A stretch of DNA of 64,000 nt, from positions 1,248,001 to 1,312,000 of the forward strand of contig CAVOYH010000003.1 in the NCBI GenBank assembly GCA_963700635.1. The letters run 5' to 3'. The stretch comes from an uncultured Bacteroidota bacterium. Lineage in GTDB: Bacteria > Bacteroidota > Ignavibacteria > UBA10030 > UBA6906. Below are positions 1 to 9,760 of the stretch, piece by piece (position 1 is the first letter of the stretch; every line of letters begins with the position of its first letter). The position numbers and the translations under genes were made by a program. Below the pieces are notes generated by a model that did no database searches, had not been told where the DNA came from, and saw only the letters and a list, made by a program, of their open reading frames with translations.

Positions 1-7
1 CCGTCCG

Positions 8-1141
8 ATGAGCCAGCAGGGGTGGCCTGAGCTCGACGACAGCAAGCAGCTGAAATTTTCGCATCAGACGCACATACAGGGTGTGGCGATTGAGTGTGTC
101 TCCTGTCACGGCGCGACCACCAGCAAAAAGGCCTCGGATTCTCTCAGGCCAACACACGATAATTGCACCTCCTGTCATGAAGAACAACTGACGAATGAAT
201 GCGGGTATTGTCATGTAAATCCAGATGACATTCAGCCCCCGCCTTCCCCCGTCAGAGAAATTGTGTTCTCCCATGCGCAACATGTCACGATGTCCGATGT
301 GGCGTGCACCACGTGCCACGCCGGCCTGGACGAAACTGACTATGCCAGAGCGAAGCACATGCCTGCCATGGCCACCTGCGCCACCTGTCACAATGAGCGG
401 AAGGCAACCAACCAGTGTGAAGCATGCCACACCAATGTGACCAATCTGGTGCCTCCCGATCACCTTGCCGCGAATTTTAAGAGCCGTCACCGCGAGTTGA
501 CCAGGTTGGGCGAGCTGGATGCGTCGTGCTCAACGTGCCATTCGCAGAGTTTCTGCGCGGAATGCCACAGCGCCACAGAAGTGATGCAGTTCGGCAAGGG
601 AGCAATGATGAGTGACCCGACTCCACGCACATTTCCGGGAGCCACAACCAGGACGTCGACGCTTCAGATGGTGCATGATTTGAACTACCGCTTTATCCAT
701 GGCATCGACGCAAAAGCAAAAGGGTCGGACTGTTACTCCTGCCATTCCGCACAGGATTTTTGTGCAACGTGTCATGAAACGGGTGACAATATCACCACCA
801 CCCGTGGTTTCAAACCGGCCTGGCATCTTGGGGCAGGTTTTACAACACTTGGCGTGGGAAGCGGAGGCGGCCGCCACGCGGATCTTGCACGCCGCGATCT
901 CGAAAGCTGCATTGCATGCCACGACGCGCAGGGCGGTGATCCGACATGTATCACCTGCCATAGTGATCCCGACGGTATTCGCGGCACGGATCCCCGGACC
1001 CACGTGCCGGGCTATATGAAGACAGAGCGGGGTCCGTGGCATGCTCAACCCGGATCAACCTGCTATAACTGTCATACCGACATGAACGCGCGTCCGGACG
1101 GCACAAAGGGGAGAAACTTCTGTGGGTACTGCCATGGCTAA
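8..1141 (+). CDS. Multiheme c-type cytochrome (cytochrome c3/c7-like repeats), probably 5'-truncated by the window edge
   Basis: 14 CxxCH motifs counted. FSHxxH motifs precede the triheme units. No signal peptide is visible, so the true start is likely upstream. Confidence 0.9.
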   Translation: MSQQGWPELDDSKQLKFSHQTHIQGVAIECVSCHGATTSKKASDSLRPTHDNCTSCHEEQLTNECGYCHVNPDDIQPPPSPVREIVFSHAQHVTMSDVACTTCHAGLDETDYARAKHMPAMATCATCHNERKATNQCEACHTNVTNLVPPDHLAANFKSRHRELTRLGELDASCSTCHSQSFCAECHSATEVMQFGKGAMMSDPTPRTFPGATTRTSTLQMVHDLNYRFIHGIDAKAKGSDCYSCHSAQDFCATCHETGDNITTTRGFKPAWHLGAGFTTLGVGSGGGRHADLARRDLESCIACHDAQGGDPTCITCHSDPDGIRGTDPRTHVPGYMKTERGPWHAQPGSTCYNCHTDMNARPDGTKGRNFCGYCHG

Positions 1142-1151
1142 GAAGGACGAT

Positions 1152-2549
1152 ATGATGAAGAGACGAACCCTCCTTCACTGTGCTGCACCACTCCTGGTGG
1201 TCGGCGCGGTGCTGTTCCTCGGCGGTTGCGGGGAACTTAAGACTGATCTCCCGGCCCCCGGGCCGCAAAAAGGAGTGCACGATCTGGGTTGGAATGATCC
1301 TGCCTCCTCAGCGTTTCATGGGAACGTGCTGAAACAGACACAGTACAAAGCCGACGCGTGTATCGCGTGCCATGCCCGGGCGTTCACGGGCGGAACCAGC
1401 GGGAAATCCTGTTTCACCTGCCACACATCATACCCGCACAAAACGGGCTGGAGTGACACCGTTTCAACACAATTCCACGGTAGATTTCTCCGACTCGGAA
1501 TGTCTGAACTCGCCGAGTGCGCAAAATGTCACGGTGCCGCATTTGACGGCGGAAGCAGTGGGACATCATGTTATTCGTGCCACGCATCCTACCCCCACAA
1601 AAGCGGGTGGACCGGCGTTCTCCCTGCATCATCACACGGTGGGTACCTGGCGCAGAAAGCCTGGCAACTTGGCGAGTGTACGGGATGCCACGGAGATGAC
1701 TTCAGCGGTGGGACCAGTGGAAAATCCTGCTTCACCTGTCACGCCTCCTATCCTCACACCACGTTTACAACAGCGGGTGGTCACCCAGCCTATCTGGTTG
1801 ACAAGGGATATCCCCTGGAACAGTGCAGGGTTTGCCATGGCGCAACCTATGATGGCGGCACGGTCGTGTCCGTATCCTGCATGTCCGCAGGATGCCATGT
1901 TGATGCAGGTGGACAGAAAAAATCACCGGAAGCCTGCAACACCTGTCACGGCGGATTCCGTGCTCTCGCGTTGAACATACCATCCTGGGCCCCCCCAAAA
2001 GGTGTTCTGGGCGATTCTTCCATAACGTCCCGCTCTGTCGGGGCGCATCAGAAACACCTTGTCTCCGGCGCACTCGGTAAGGATGTAAAATGTGCAGAAT
2101 GTCACACGGTTCCGGTACAAGTGGTGGCTTCGGAGCACTTCGATACGCGACTGCCTGCGGAGGTCATGTTTAATGACACGCTTGCCAGATTGAAGACTGC
2201 AGCCGGAACATTTACTCCTGCGCCATCGTATAGCGCGATCACATTACGCTGCAGCGGCACGTATTGTCACGGCAACTGGAAAGCAAGCAGGGCGACATCA
2301 GCGTTTGCGTTTGCCTACACGGATTCGTTCATGGTGGGTTCGAACTATGCGCCGACATGGACGGGTGGAACAGCTGAAGCTGCGTGTGGGAGCTGTCATG
2401 GGCTGCCTCCCACAGGCCACATGCCGGCCACACTGGCCACGTGTGTGAACTGTCACCAGGGTGTTGTTAATGGGTCCGGCAGCATTATTGACAATTTGAA
2501 GCATATCAACGGGAAGATTAACGCGTTTGCCTCAGAGCGCCCGTTCTGA
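1152..2549 (+). CDS. Multiheme cytochrome c lipoprotein with CxxxxCH/CxxCH domain
   Basis: Lipobox-like signal (MMKRR...VLFLGG-C). 11 CxxCH plus 2 CX4CH (CMSAGCH, CSGTYCH). Start could instead be 1134 or 1155. Confidence 0.88.
   Translation: MMKRRTLLHCAAPLLVVGAVLFLGGCGELKTDLPAPGPQKGVHDLGWNDPASSAFHGNVLKQTQYKADACIACHARAFTGGTSGKSCFTCHTSYPHKTGWSDTVSTQFHGRFLRLGMSELAECAKCHGAAFDGGSSGTSCYSCHASYPHKSGWTGVLPASSHGGYLAQKAWQLGECTGCHGDDFSGGTSGKSCFTCHASYPHTTFTTAGGHPAYLVDKGYPLEQCRVCHGATYDGGTVVSVSCMSAGCHVDAGGQKKSPEACNTCHGGFRALALNIPSWAPPKGVLGDSSITSRSVGAHQKHLVSGALGKDVKCAECHTVPVQVVASEHFDTRLPAEVMFNDTLARLKTAAGTFTPAPSYSAITLRCSGTYCHGNWKASRATSAFAFAYTDSFMVGSNYAPTWTGGTAEAACGSCHGLPPTGHMPATLATCVNCHQGVVNGSGSIIDNLKHINGKINAFASERPF
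1359..1835 (+). repeat. Intragenic 159-bp (53-aa) diheme repeat, three copies plus the start of a diverged fourth
   Basis: CxxCH-x3-F-x-GG-x-SG-x-SC-xx-CH-x-SYPH units begin at 1359, 1518 and 1677. A diverged unit begins at 1824. Confidence 0.85.
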
Positions 2550-2557
2550 GTGAACGG

Positions 2558-2590
2558 AAAGGGGACGGCAACGTCCCCTTTTCGTTTTTT
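2558..2590 (+). terminator. Rho-independent terminator after the cytochrome genes
   Basis: AAAGGGGACG-GCAA-CGTCCCCTTT hairpin followed by a T-rich tract. Confidence 0.85.
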
Positions 2591-2752
2591 CACTCCTGCA
2601 AACCTATTCTTACAGATTGGAAAGGCCCAGCGGGATCGCCGGTGCAGCCCGCCCAAACCCCCCTCTATTCATCCTATTCGCGTATTTTCCCCCTTCCACC
2701 TATGGCACGCATGTTGAACCATAAAAAGTGATCAAGCACTTCTGGAGTTGGA

Positions 2753-4978
2753 ATGACTGTTCTTGGACAATGGGTACTCGTACTCGCTGGCGCGCTGTCC
2801 CTCTTTTCTGCCGTGAGTTATCTTCGTGCTGCCGCTCATGGCAAACGTCCGCTGGAGACACCCCGCATGCTTATGGTCATCAGCACTGCACTGGTGGTGA
2901 TTGCCTCGGCACTGCTTTATGCACTTCTCCTCTCACATGATTTTTCAAACGGGTATGTTTTTGGCTACAGCGATCGGGCGCTGCCGCTGCACTACCTTCT
3001 GTCCACGTTTTACGCCGGACAGGAGGGGAGCTTTCTGTTCTGGGTGCTCTGCTCTTCTCTGGTGGCAGTAGGCCTTTCCGGATACTCGCGAAAGCGCGAT
3101 GCAGAGGCAGAGGTTATGGCCGTGTTCCTTTTTGTGCAGACGGTCCTGATTGCCCTCACCCTTGCCAAGTCGCCGTTCCGCCTTGTGTGGGATATGTACC
3201 CGGGGATCCCCCTGGGTCAACTTCCGCCCGATGGACGCGGCCTTAATCCACTCCTGCAAAACTTCTGGATGGTTATTCATCCGCCGGTGTTGTTTGTCGG
3301 CTTTGCCCTCATGGCCGTGCCGTTCAGCCAGGCGATCGCCTCGCTGTGGAAAAAGAAATTTAACCTGCTCGCGGAGCAGGCAATCGGCTGGACTCTTTTC
3401 GCGGTGTGTGTGCTTGGTCTCGGCATCATGCTGGGTGCCTACTGGGCATATGGTGTCCTGGGGTGGGGTGGATACTGGGGATGGGATCCTGTGGAAAATT
3501 CCTCGCTGGTCCCGTGGCTGACAGGCATTGCCATGGTACACACCCTGATTGCCCAGCGAAGGACGGGGAAATATATCCGGACGAACTTCGTGTTGGCTGT
3601 TGTCTCGTTCTTTCTCGTCATCTACAGCACATTTCTTACGCGCAGTGGTATCCTCGGTGATGCATCCGTTCATGCGTTCACAGATTCAGGCGCCGAAGTA
3701 TACTGGCTCCTGGTCGGTCTTATGAGTGCCATTCTGATCTCCGGCGGTGCACTCCTTGTGAACCGGCGGAGTTATCTCAAACCGGCGGTCGGAACGGGCG
3801 GTTGGCTTACCCGAGAAACCATGCTGGCCGGCGGGGCGATTGCGCTTCTGATGAGTGCTGCCGTTGTGCTCTTTGGAACAAGTCTTCCGATCTTTTCCAC
3901 AATCCGGGTCGAACCATCGTTTTACGATACCACCAATCTCCCCCTTGCGGTCCTGATGGCGATGCTCATCGGCGTGAGTCTGTATACGCAATGGGAGGAC
4001 CATGACTTCCGCTTCACCGCACAACGGTCATGGAAGATGCTCCTCGCAGCGATCCTTGTTACGGCAGTCTTTTTTATAGCCGGCATGAACGATATATCGA
4101 CGGTTGCGCTCGTCTTTACCGCGTTCTTTGCACTGTTCGTGAATGTGGATATCGGCATCCGCATTGCGAGGGGCGATCCGTGGTTTCTCGGCGGCAAGAT
4201 TGCCCATATCGGCCTGGCCGTGTTTTTTCTCGGTGTGGTTGCCACCGGCAAATACAGCACCAAAGAGCACGTCTCATTACCAAGGGGTACCCCGGTTCAG
4301 GCCCTGAACCATACGCTGACCTATGAGGGGTTTACCGTTACGGAGGATCAGAAGTATGTCTTTAGCGTCCGCGCTCAAAAAGGCGCCGAGTCGTTTGTCC
4401 TTTCGCCGGTGATGTTCGAAGCGGGGGAACAGGGTATCATGCGCAATCCTGATATCGTGGAGGCCATCACGAGTGACTTCTACATGGCTCCCCAGTCTCT
4501 GGAGCCCCCGCAGGACGGCAGCCCTCTTGAGCAGGCCTCACTGGAGAAGGGGAAGTCAGCGGTCATCGACGGCGTGACTGTCACGTTTGTGGATTTCGCC
4601 TCGGGTGATCACGGGGATTCGAAAATGATGGGAGGGGAGGGAACGGTGAGCGTTGCGGCGGTTCTTGAGCTCCAGAAGGGGCCCGAGCGTGAAACGCTGA
4701 AGCCGACCCTGTCGTTTTCGGAGCAAGGGCCGGTCCATCCCGAAGTTGTTTCAAAGCTGCTGGCCGGTGGGGTCCAGCTGCTCACCATGAATGTCAGCAT
4801 GGGCGGCGCCCCGTCCGTCATACAGATCGGCCTGCAGCACAGTGGCGGAGAGAGTTCCCGGCCTGATGTCCTGGTCGTTGAGGCAAGTGTAAAACCCTTT
4901 GTAAGCCTTCTCTGGGCAGGTACCGTGTTAATGATGATTGGCTTCGGATTGGCCATAGTGAAACGTTGGAAGGAATAA
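2753..4978 (+). CDS. ccmF: Cytochrome c biogenesis heme lyase, CcmF/NrfE family
   Basis: GLNPLLQ, IHPP, WGGYWGWDPVEN and FLTRSG motifs; multiple TM segments. Confidence 0.92.
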   Translation: MTVLGQWVLVLAGALSLFSAVSYLRAAAHGKRPLETPRMLMVISTALVVIASALLYALLLSHDFSNGYVFGYSDRALPLHYLLSTFYAGQEGSFLFWVLCSSLVAVGLSGYSRKRDAEAEVMAVFLFVQTVLIALTLAKSPFRLVWDMYPGIPLGQLPPDGRGLNPLLQNFWMVIHPPVLFVGFALMAVPFSQAIASLWKKKFNLLAEQAIGWTLFAVCVLGLGIMLGAYWAYGVLGWGGYWGWDPVENSSLVPWLTGIAMVHTLIAQRRTGKYIRTNFVLAVVSFFLVIYSTFLTRSGILGDASVHAFTDSGAEVYWLLVGLMSAILISGGALLVNRRSYLKPAVGTGGWLTRETMLAGGAIALLMSAAVVLFGTSLPIFSTIRVEPSFYDTTNLPLAVLMAMLIGVSLYTQWEDHDFRFTAQRSWKMLLAAILVTAVFFIAGMNDISTVALVFTAFFALFVNVDIGIRIARGDPWFLGGKIAHIGLAVFFLGVVATGKYSTKEHVSLPRGTPVQALNHTLTYEGFTVTEDQKYVFSVRAQKGAESFVLSPVMFEAGEQGIMRNPDIVEAITSDFYMAPQSLEPPQDGSPLEQASLEKGKSAVIDGVTVTFVDFASGDHGDSKMMGGEGTVSVAAVLELQKGPERETLKPTLSFSEQGPVHPEVVSKLLAGGVQLLTMNVSMGGAPSVIQIGLQHSGGESSRPDVLVVEASVKPFVSLLWAGTVLMMIGFGLAIVKRWKE

Positions 4979-4980
4979 CA

Positions 4981-5235
4981 ATGCAAACGCAAATAACACA
5001 ACGCCTGCCAAACAATGTCGCGGGTAGATATTTCACCACCGAAGAGTGTGATGGATGCGCCTACTGTGCCTCTATCGCGCCGGAAAACTTTGATTTTGAA
5101 AAGGCCAGCAACACATACTTTGTCAGCTGCCAGCCGCGGAACGCGGAAGAAGAAGAGTATATGCAGGAGGCGGCGGATGACTGTCCGGTGGATGCTATTC
5201 GTATAGAAGAAACCGTTGCCGTGAAGTTTGATTGA
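4981..5235 (+). CDS. Single-cluster [4Fe-4S] ferredoxin
   Basis: CDGCAYC...CPVDAI motif; 84 aa, acidic; AAGGAA upstream of ATG 4981. Confidence 0.85.
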   Translation: MQTQITQRLPNNVAGRYFTTEECDGCAYCASIAPENFDFEKASNTYFVSCQPRNAEEEEYMQEAADDCPVDAIRIEETVAVKFD

Positions 5236-5302
5236 TCAGCGGTCCCGACATCCTTCACGGTCTAGCCACGCCACAGAGTGCACAAACGATAGGATGGTTT
5301 CC

Positions 5303-6631
5303 ATGGAATCAAAACCGGACAAGGAAACAAAAACAGACAAGCAGCACCATTCGGTGGAAGCACAACTGATTTACGGACAGATGGATGACCCTCTCTGGGA
5401 TTACAGCCACCATCTCCTGCCGCCGATGTCTTCGTCCGCAACATTCCGGCTGGATAGCGCGCAACGCGGTGCCCAGGGATTCACCGAATTCGCCCACCGC
5501 ACTGACGAAGTGCAGGTGAAGAGCAAAGCCCCGATCTATATCTACGATCGCCTGGGCGAACCGAACAAGGACATGCTCGAGGCGAATCTGGCGTGCGCTG
5601 AAGGCGGTGACATCGCCGTCACATTTGGAAGCGGTATGGCGGCGATCTCCGGGATCCTCGGCATCCTCACGGGTTCAGGCAGCGAAGTGATCGCCCACAA
5701 GGTGCTGTACGGGTGTTCGTACTCGCTGCTGACAAACTGGTATCCCCGTTTGAAGATCAATGTCAAGTTTGTGGATTTCAGCAATCCGCCTGAAGTGGCC
5801 GCAGCCATCACACGGAATACCCGCGTGCTGTATATGGAATCTCCGGTGAACCCCACGATGCGTCTGGTGGATCTCCGTGCAATCACCCAGATTGCGGAAG
5901 AGGCAAACAAGAACCGGGCTGCTGATGAGCGGTTGCATACCGTTGTGGATAACACGTTTGCCTCGCCATTCTGCCAGAGGCCGATCTCCCTCGGGATTGA
6001 TTTTGTAGTACATTCTCTGACAAAAGCGATCGGGGGCTTTGGCACTGATGTCGGAGGCGTCGTCATTGGGCCCCGCTGGAGCCATGACAGACTGATGCTG
6101 TACCGGAAGGACTTTGGCGGAATTTTGTCGGCGAAAAGCGCCTGGCCTGTGCTTGTAGTCGGGCTCCCTTCCCTCGCAGTCCGGATGCGGCAGATGCAGG
6201 CGACCGCTCAACGGGTTGCGGAGTTTCTTGAACAACGTTCCGAATTCGAGAGGGTTCTGTATCCAGGCCTGCAGTCTTTTCCCCAGGCGGATTTAGCCAG
6301 GCGGCAGATGGTCGATTTTGACGGACTCTTCGCGCCGGGCTCGATGATCTACTTTGTCATGAAGGGAAAAACCGCCCGTGATGCACTCAAGCGGGCCGAA
6401 CGGTTTATCGACCACGTTGCACAAGAAGCGTATTGTATCACACTCGCCGTGAGCCTCGGAAATATCAGAACACTCATAGAACACCCCGGCTCCATGACAC
6501 ACTCCGCCATTCCGGCGGAAGAACAGGTCGGGAAGGGCCTTGAACCCGGGGGTGTCCGGCTCGCGGTGGGGCTGGAGAAGCCGGAAGATATCATCAAGGA
6601 TCTGGCGTTTTCTCTTGACGCAACAACGTGA
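5303..6631 (+). CDS. PLP-dependent Cys/Met metabolism enzyme, methionine gamma-lyase-like
   Basis: YxYDR, SGMAAI, LYGC (Cys typical of MGL), DNTF, HSLTK (PLP lysine), LAVSLG and SMTH motifs. Confidence 0.8.
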   Translation: MESKPDKETKTDKQHHSVEAQLIYGQMDDPLWDYSHHLLPPMSSSATFRLDSAQRGAQGFTEFAHRTDEVQVKSKAPIYIYDRLGEPNKDMLEANLACAEGGDIAVTFGSGMAAISGILGILTGSGSEVIAHKVLYGCSYSLLTNWYPRLKINVKFVDFSNPPEVAAAITRNTRVLYMESPVNPTMRLVDLRAITQIAEEANKNRAADERLHTVVDNTFASPFCQRPISLGIDFVVHSLTKAIGGFGTDVGGVVIGPRWSHDRLMLYRKDFGGILSAKSAWPVLVVGLPSLAVRMRQMQATAQRVAEFLEQRSEFERVLYPGLQSFPQADLARRQMVDFDGLFAPGSMIYFVMKGKTARDALKRAERFIDHVAQEAYCITLAVSLGNIRTLIEHPGSMTHSAIPAEEQVGKGLEPGGVRLAVGLEKPEDIIKDLAFSLDATT

Positions 6632-6684
6632 TTGCTCGCATGGCGCGCAGCACTACTGAATAACGAACGCGAGGAGCAGAGCCG

Positions 6685-6975
6685 ATGGCTAAAGGTGCGG
6701 TGACATTCGATATCGAAACCTGCAAAGGATGTGAACTCTGTATCGACGCATGTCCGCAGGGAAGTCTTCAGATCTCTCCCAGGATTAATACCCAGGGGTA
6801 TCATTACGCCGTCCTGATAGAAGACAATTGCACCGGTTGTACGAATTGTGCACTTGTGTGCCCCGATGCCGTGATTACCGTGTACCGTGAAACCAAGAAG
6901 GCAAAAGTTCCTGTTGCACGGATTTCACAGGTGACGGAAAATATTACCGTGACACTGACCGACGAAAGGAAATAG
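6685..6975 (+). CDS. 2-oxoacid:ferredoxin oxidoreductase delta subunit (2x[4Fe-4S])
   Basis: Two CxxCxxCxxxCP motifs; directly upstream of the alpha subunit. Confidence 0.88.
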   Translation: MAKGAVTFDIETCKGCELCIDACPQGSLQISPRINTQGYHYAVLIEDNCTGCTNCALVCPDAVITVYRETKKAKVPVARISQVTENITVTLTDERK

Positions 6976-6977
6976 TC

Positions 6978-8066
6978 GTGGGTGACATTCGACTCATGAA
7001 AGGAAATGAGGCGCTTGCAGAAGCCGCCATCCGCGCCGGCTGCCAGGCCTATTTTGGTTATCCCATCACGCCACAATCAGAGGTGCTGGAGTACCTCGCC
7101 GATGAAGGGCGTAAGCGCGGTATGATTGTCCTGCAGGCGGAAAGCGAAGTGGCGTCTATCAACATGGTCTATGGCGCCGCCGGTGCAGGAGCACGAGTCA
7201 TGACATCATCATCCAGTCCGGGCATGAGCCTGATGATGGAGGGGGTGTCGTATATCGCCTGCGCTGAATTGCCGTGTCTGCTCGTGAATGTGAACAGAGG
7301 GGGACCGGGTCTCGGAACCATCCAGCCTTCTCAGAGCGACTACTTCCAGGCAGTGAAGGGAGGCGGCCATGGTGATTACCGGTTGATCGTGCTTGCCCCC
7401 TCCAGCGTGCATGAAATGGCGGATTTTGTGTATGAGGCGTTTGATCTGGCGGACACCTACCGGAATCCGGTAATGATTCTTACCGACGGCGCACTCGGAC
7501 AGATGATGGAAAAGGTAGAGTTCCGGGAGTATGATCCTGCGCAACATAAGAACCCCAAGCCATGGGCGACCACCGGAAAACCTTCTACCCGTCCGCCGAA
7601 TGTGATTACGTCTCTTCATATGCAAGCCGAAAAGATGGAAGAAGTGAACCGGAAACTTCAGAAGAAATACGCGACGATTCAGGAACGTGAAGTGAGATAT
7701 GAACTCCTGGAAGCGGAGGATGCAGAGTACCTCGTCGTTGCGTACGGGCTGGCGGCCCGGATCGCACACCGCGGCGTGGAAATTGCCCGGGCGAAGGGTC
7801 ACAAGGTCGGACTGCTCCGTCCGATTACGCTGTTTCCCTATCCGAGTACGGTGCTGCAGTCTCTTGCAGCACGTCTACAGGGAATCCTGGTTGTCGAAAT
7901 GAACGCCGGCCAGATGGTGGAGGATGTCCGCCTGGCCGTCGAAGGACGTACGCCGGTCAGTTTCTACGGGCGGATGGGAGGCGTTATCCCGTCTCCTAAC
8001 GAAGTCGCCGATGCTCTGGACCGGATGATCACCAAAACCGTCACACATCCCGTGGAGGCGAACTGA
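6978..8066 (+). CDS. 2-oxoacid:ferredoxin oxidoreductase alpha subunit (VorB-like)
   Basis: MKGNEALAE, FGYPITPQSE, QAESE and RGGPGLG motifs; GTG start. Confidence 0.92.
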   Translation: MGDIRLMKGNEALAEAAIRAGCQAYFGYPITPQSEVLEYLADEGRKRGMIVLQAESEVASINMVYGAAGAGARVMTSSSSPGMSLMMEGVSYIACAELPCLLVNVNRGGPGLGTIQPSQSDYFQAVKGGGHGDYRLIVLAPSSVHEMADFVYEAFDLADTYRNPVMILTDGALGQMMEKVEFREYDPAQHKNPKPWATTGKPSTRPPNVITSLHMQAEKMEEVNRKLQKKYATIQEREVRYELLEAEDAEYLVVAYGLAARIAHRGVEIARAKGHKVGLLRPITLFPYPSTVLQSLAARLQGILVVEMNAGQMVEDVRLAVEGRTPVSFYGRMGGVIPSPNEVADALDRMITKTVTHPVEAN

Positions 8067-8067
8067 C

Positions 8068-8853
8068 ATGGCACAGGAGATTCTGCAGGAGATGATAACA
8101 CCTGATCTCGAGGGGATGGAGTGTGTGTACGAACGTCCGGAAACGCTGCTGGATACGCGGTTCCACTATTGCCCCGGTTGCGGGCACAGTGTTGTCCATC
8201 GTGTCCTGATGGAGGTGATCCAGGAGCTCGGGATTACAGACAAGACCGTGGGTATCGCACCGGTGGGATGTTCGGTTCTGGCATATCATTACATGGGTAT
8301 TGACATGCAGGAAGCCGCGCACGGACGGGCGAGTGCTGTGGCGACCGCCGTCAAGCGGATTCTCCCGGACCGGTTTGTATTTTCCTATCAGGGTGACGGC
8401 GACCTCGCCGCCATCGGCACAGCCGAGACCATTCATACGTGTAACCGAGGCGAAAACATCTTGATGATCTTTATCAACAATGGGATTTATGGGATGACCG
8501 GCGGTCAGATGGCACCCACGACGCTGCTCGGGATGAAGACATCCACATCGCCGGCAGGGCGGACCGTGGAAACGGCCGGTCACCCGCTGAAGATTACCGA
8601 GCTGGTAGCACAGCTCCCCGGCGTTGCCTATGTCACGCGTCAGTCGGTTCACGCACCCAATGCCGTGCGTCAGCTGAAAAAATCTCTGACCAAGGCATTT
8701 CAATATCAGAAAGAATCACGAGGGACCTGTTTCATCGAGGTCGTATCCAATTGCCCGTCGGGATGGAAAATGACGCCCGCCGAGTCCAATACGTGGCTCG
8801 TGGAAAACATGTTTCCAGTCTATCCGCCCGGTGATCTCCGGACACCACAATAA
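8068..8853 (+). CDS. 2-oxoacid:ferredoxin oxidoreductase beta (TPP-binding) subunit
   Basis: YCPGCGH, GDGD and NNGIYGMTGGQ TPP-binding motifs. Confidence 0.92.
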   Translation: MAQEILQEMITPDLEGMECVYERPETLLDTRFHYCPGCGHSVVHRVLMEVIQELGITDKTVGIAPVGCSVLAYHYMGIDMQEAAHGRASAVATAVKRILPDRFVFSYQGDGDLAAIGTAETIHTCNRGENILMIFINNGIYGMTGGQMAPTTLLGMKTSTSPAGRTVETAGHPLKITELVAQLPGVAYVTRQSVHAPNAVRQLKKSLTKAFQYQKESRGTCFIEVVSNCPSGWKMTPAESNTWLVENMFPVYPPGDLRTPQ

Positions 8854-8891
8854 GGACGATTATCAAGCTGACCGAGAACAAAGGATCTGTT

Positions 8892-9443
8892 ATGACTCAT
8901 GAAATGCTCATTGCGGGTTTTGGCGGCCAGGGTGTGTTGTCGATGGGAATGACTCTCGCCTATGCCGGCATGATCGAAGGGAAGGAAATCACCTGGATGC
9001 CTTCCTACGGTCCCGAAATGCGCGGCGGTACGGCGAATTGTATTGTCATTGTGTCGGATCAACGGATTAATTCGCCGATCGTCACAACGTTCGATACCGT
9101 CATCGCACTGAACCAGCCGTCCCTTGACAAGTTTGAACAGGCTGTAAAACCCGGTGGACTGCTTCTGTACGATTCCACAAGTACGATCACGCCGCCAACA
9201 CGGACGGATATTCAGTTGCTCGGCATTCCGGCGGGCGACGAAGCGGTGAAACTCAAAAACACGAAGGTGTTGAACATGATCGTGCTCGGGGCCTTCCTCG
9301 ACCGGTCGCATGTCCTGGATATGTCGGCAATTCTCAAAGCCCTGAGCAAAGTTCTTCCGGAACGGTATCACCATCTCCTTCCGGTCAATGAGCAGGCGCT
9401 CCGGCGTGGCGTGGAGCTCTCAGGTCAACCCGTGTCAGCGTAA
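8892..9443 (+). CDS. 2-oxoacid:ferredoxin oxidoreductase gamma subunit
   Basis: AGFGGQGV and PSYGPEMRGG motifs. Confidence 0.92.
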   Translation: MTHEMLIAGFGGQGVLSMGMTLAYAGMIEGKEITWMPSYGPEMRGGTANCIVIVSDQRINSPIVTTFDTVIALNQPSLDKFEQAVKPGGLLLYDSTSTITPPTRTDIQLLGIPAGDEAVKLKNTKVLNMIVLGAFLDRSHVLDMSAILKALSKVLPERYHHLLPVNEQALRRGVELSGQPVSA

Positions 9444-9508
9444 GCGGCCGGGGGTAGTGGAAAAGACAACGTACTCACGAAGTGGATTCGTCCGGAGGAG
9501 AGGATTCT

Positions 9509-9757
9509 ATGGCCCCACCATGCGTACATTCCTGCAAAGGGTTGTGTAACGCGTTAAAAGCCGCTGAACACCGTGAAAAAGAGAATCTTGCTGAATACCG
9601 GCGTTTTGCTGCGGAGTGTGACTACCCTGAGGTGAAGCAGATCCTGGATTCACTCGTTGCCGAGCGTGAGCAAACGCTGGTCATGCTCAAAGAAAAACGG
9701 GAGATCCTTGCCCAGAAGTTCGAAGTCATTGATCGTATCAACGACAGTTTCGCGTGA
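9509..9757 (+). CDS. Small ferritin/rubrerythrin-like two-helix protein with degenerate ligands
   Basis: Strong RBS (GGAGGAGAGG). ALxxAxxxExxxxxxY...ILxxLxxE helical pattern; N-terminal CVHSCKGLC. Confidence 0.6.
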   Translation: MAPPCVHSCKGLCNALKAAEHREKENLAEYRRFAAECDYPEVKQILDSLVAEREQTLVMLKEKREILAQKFEVIDRINDSFA

Positions 9758-9760
9758 CCC

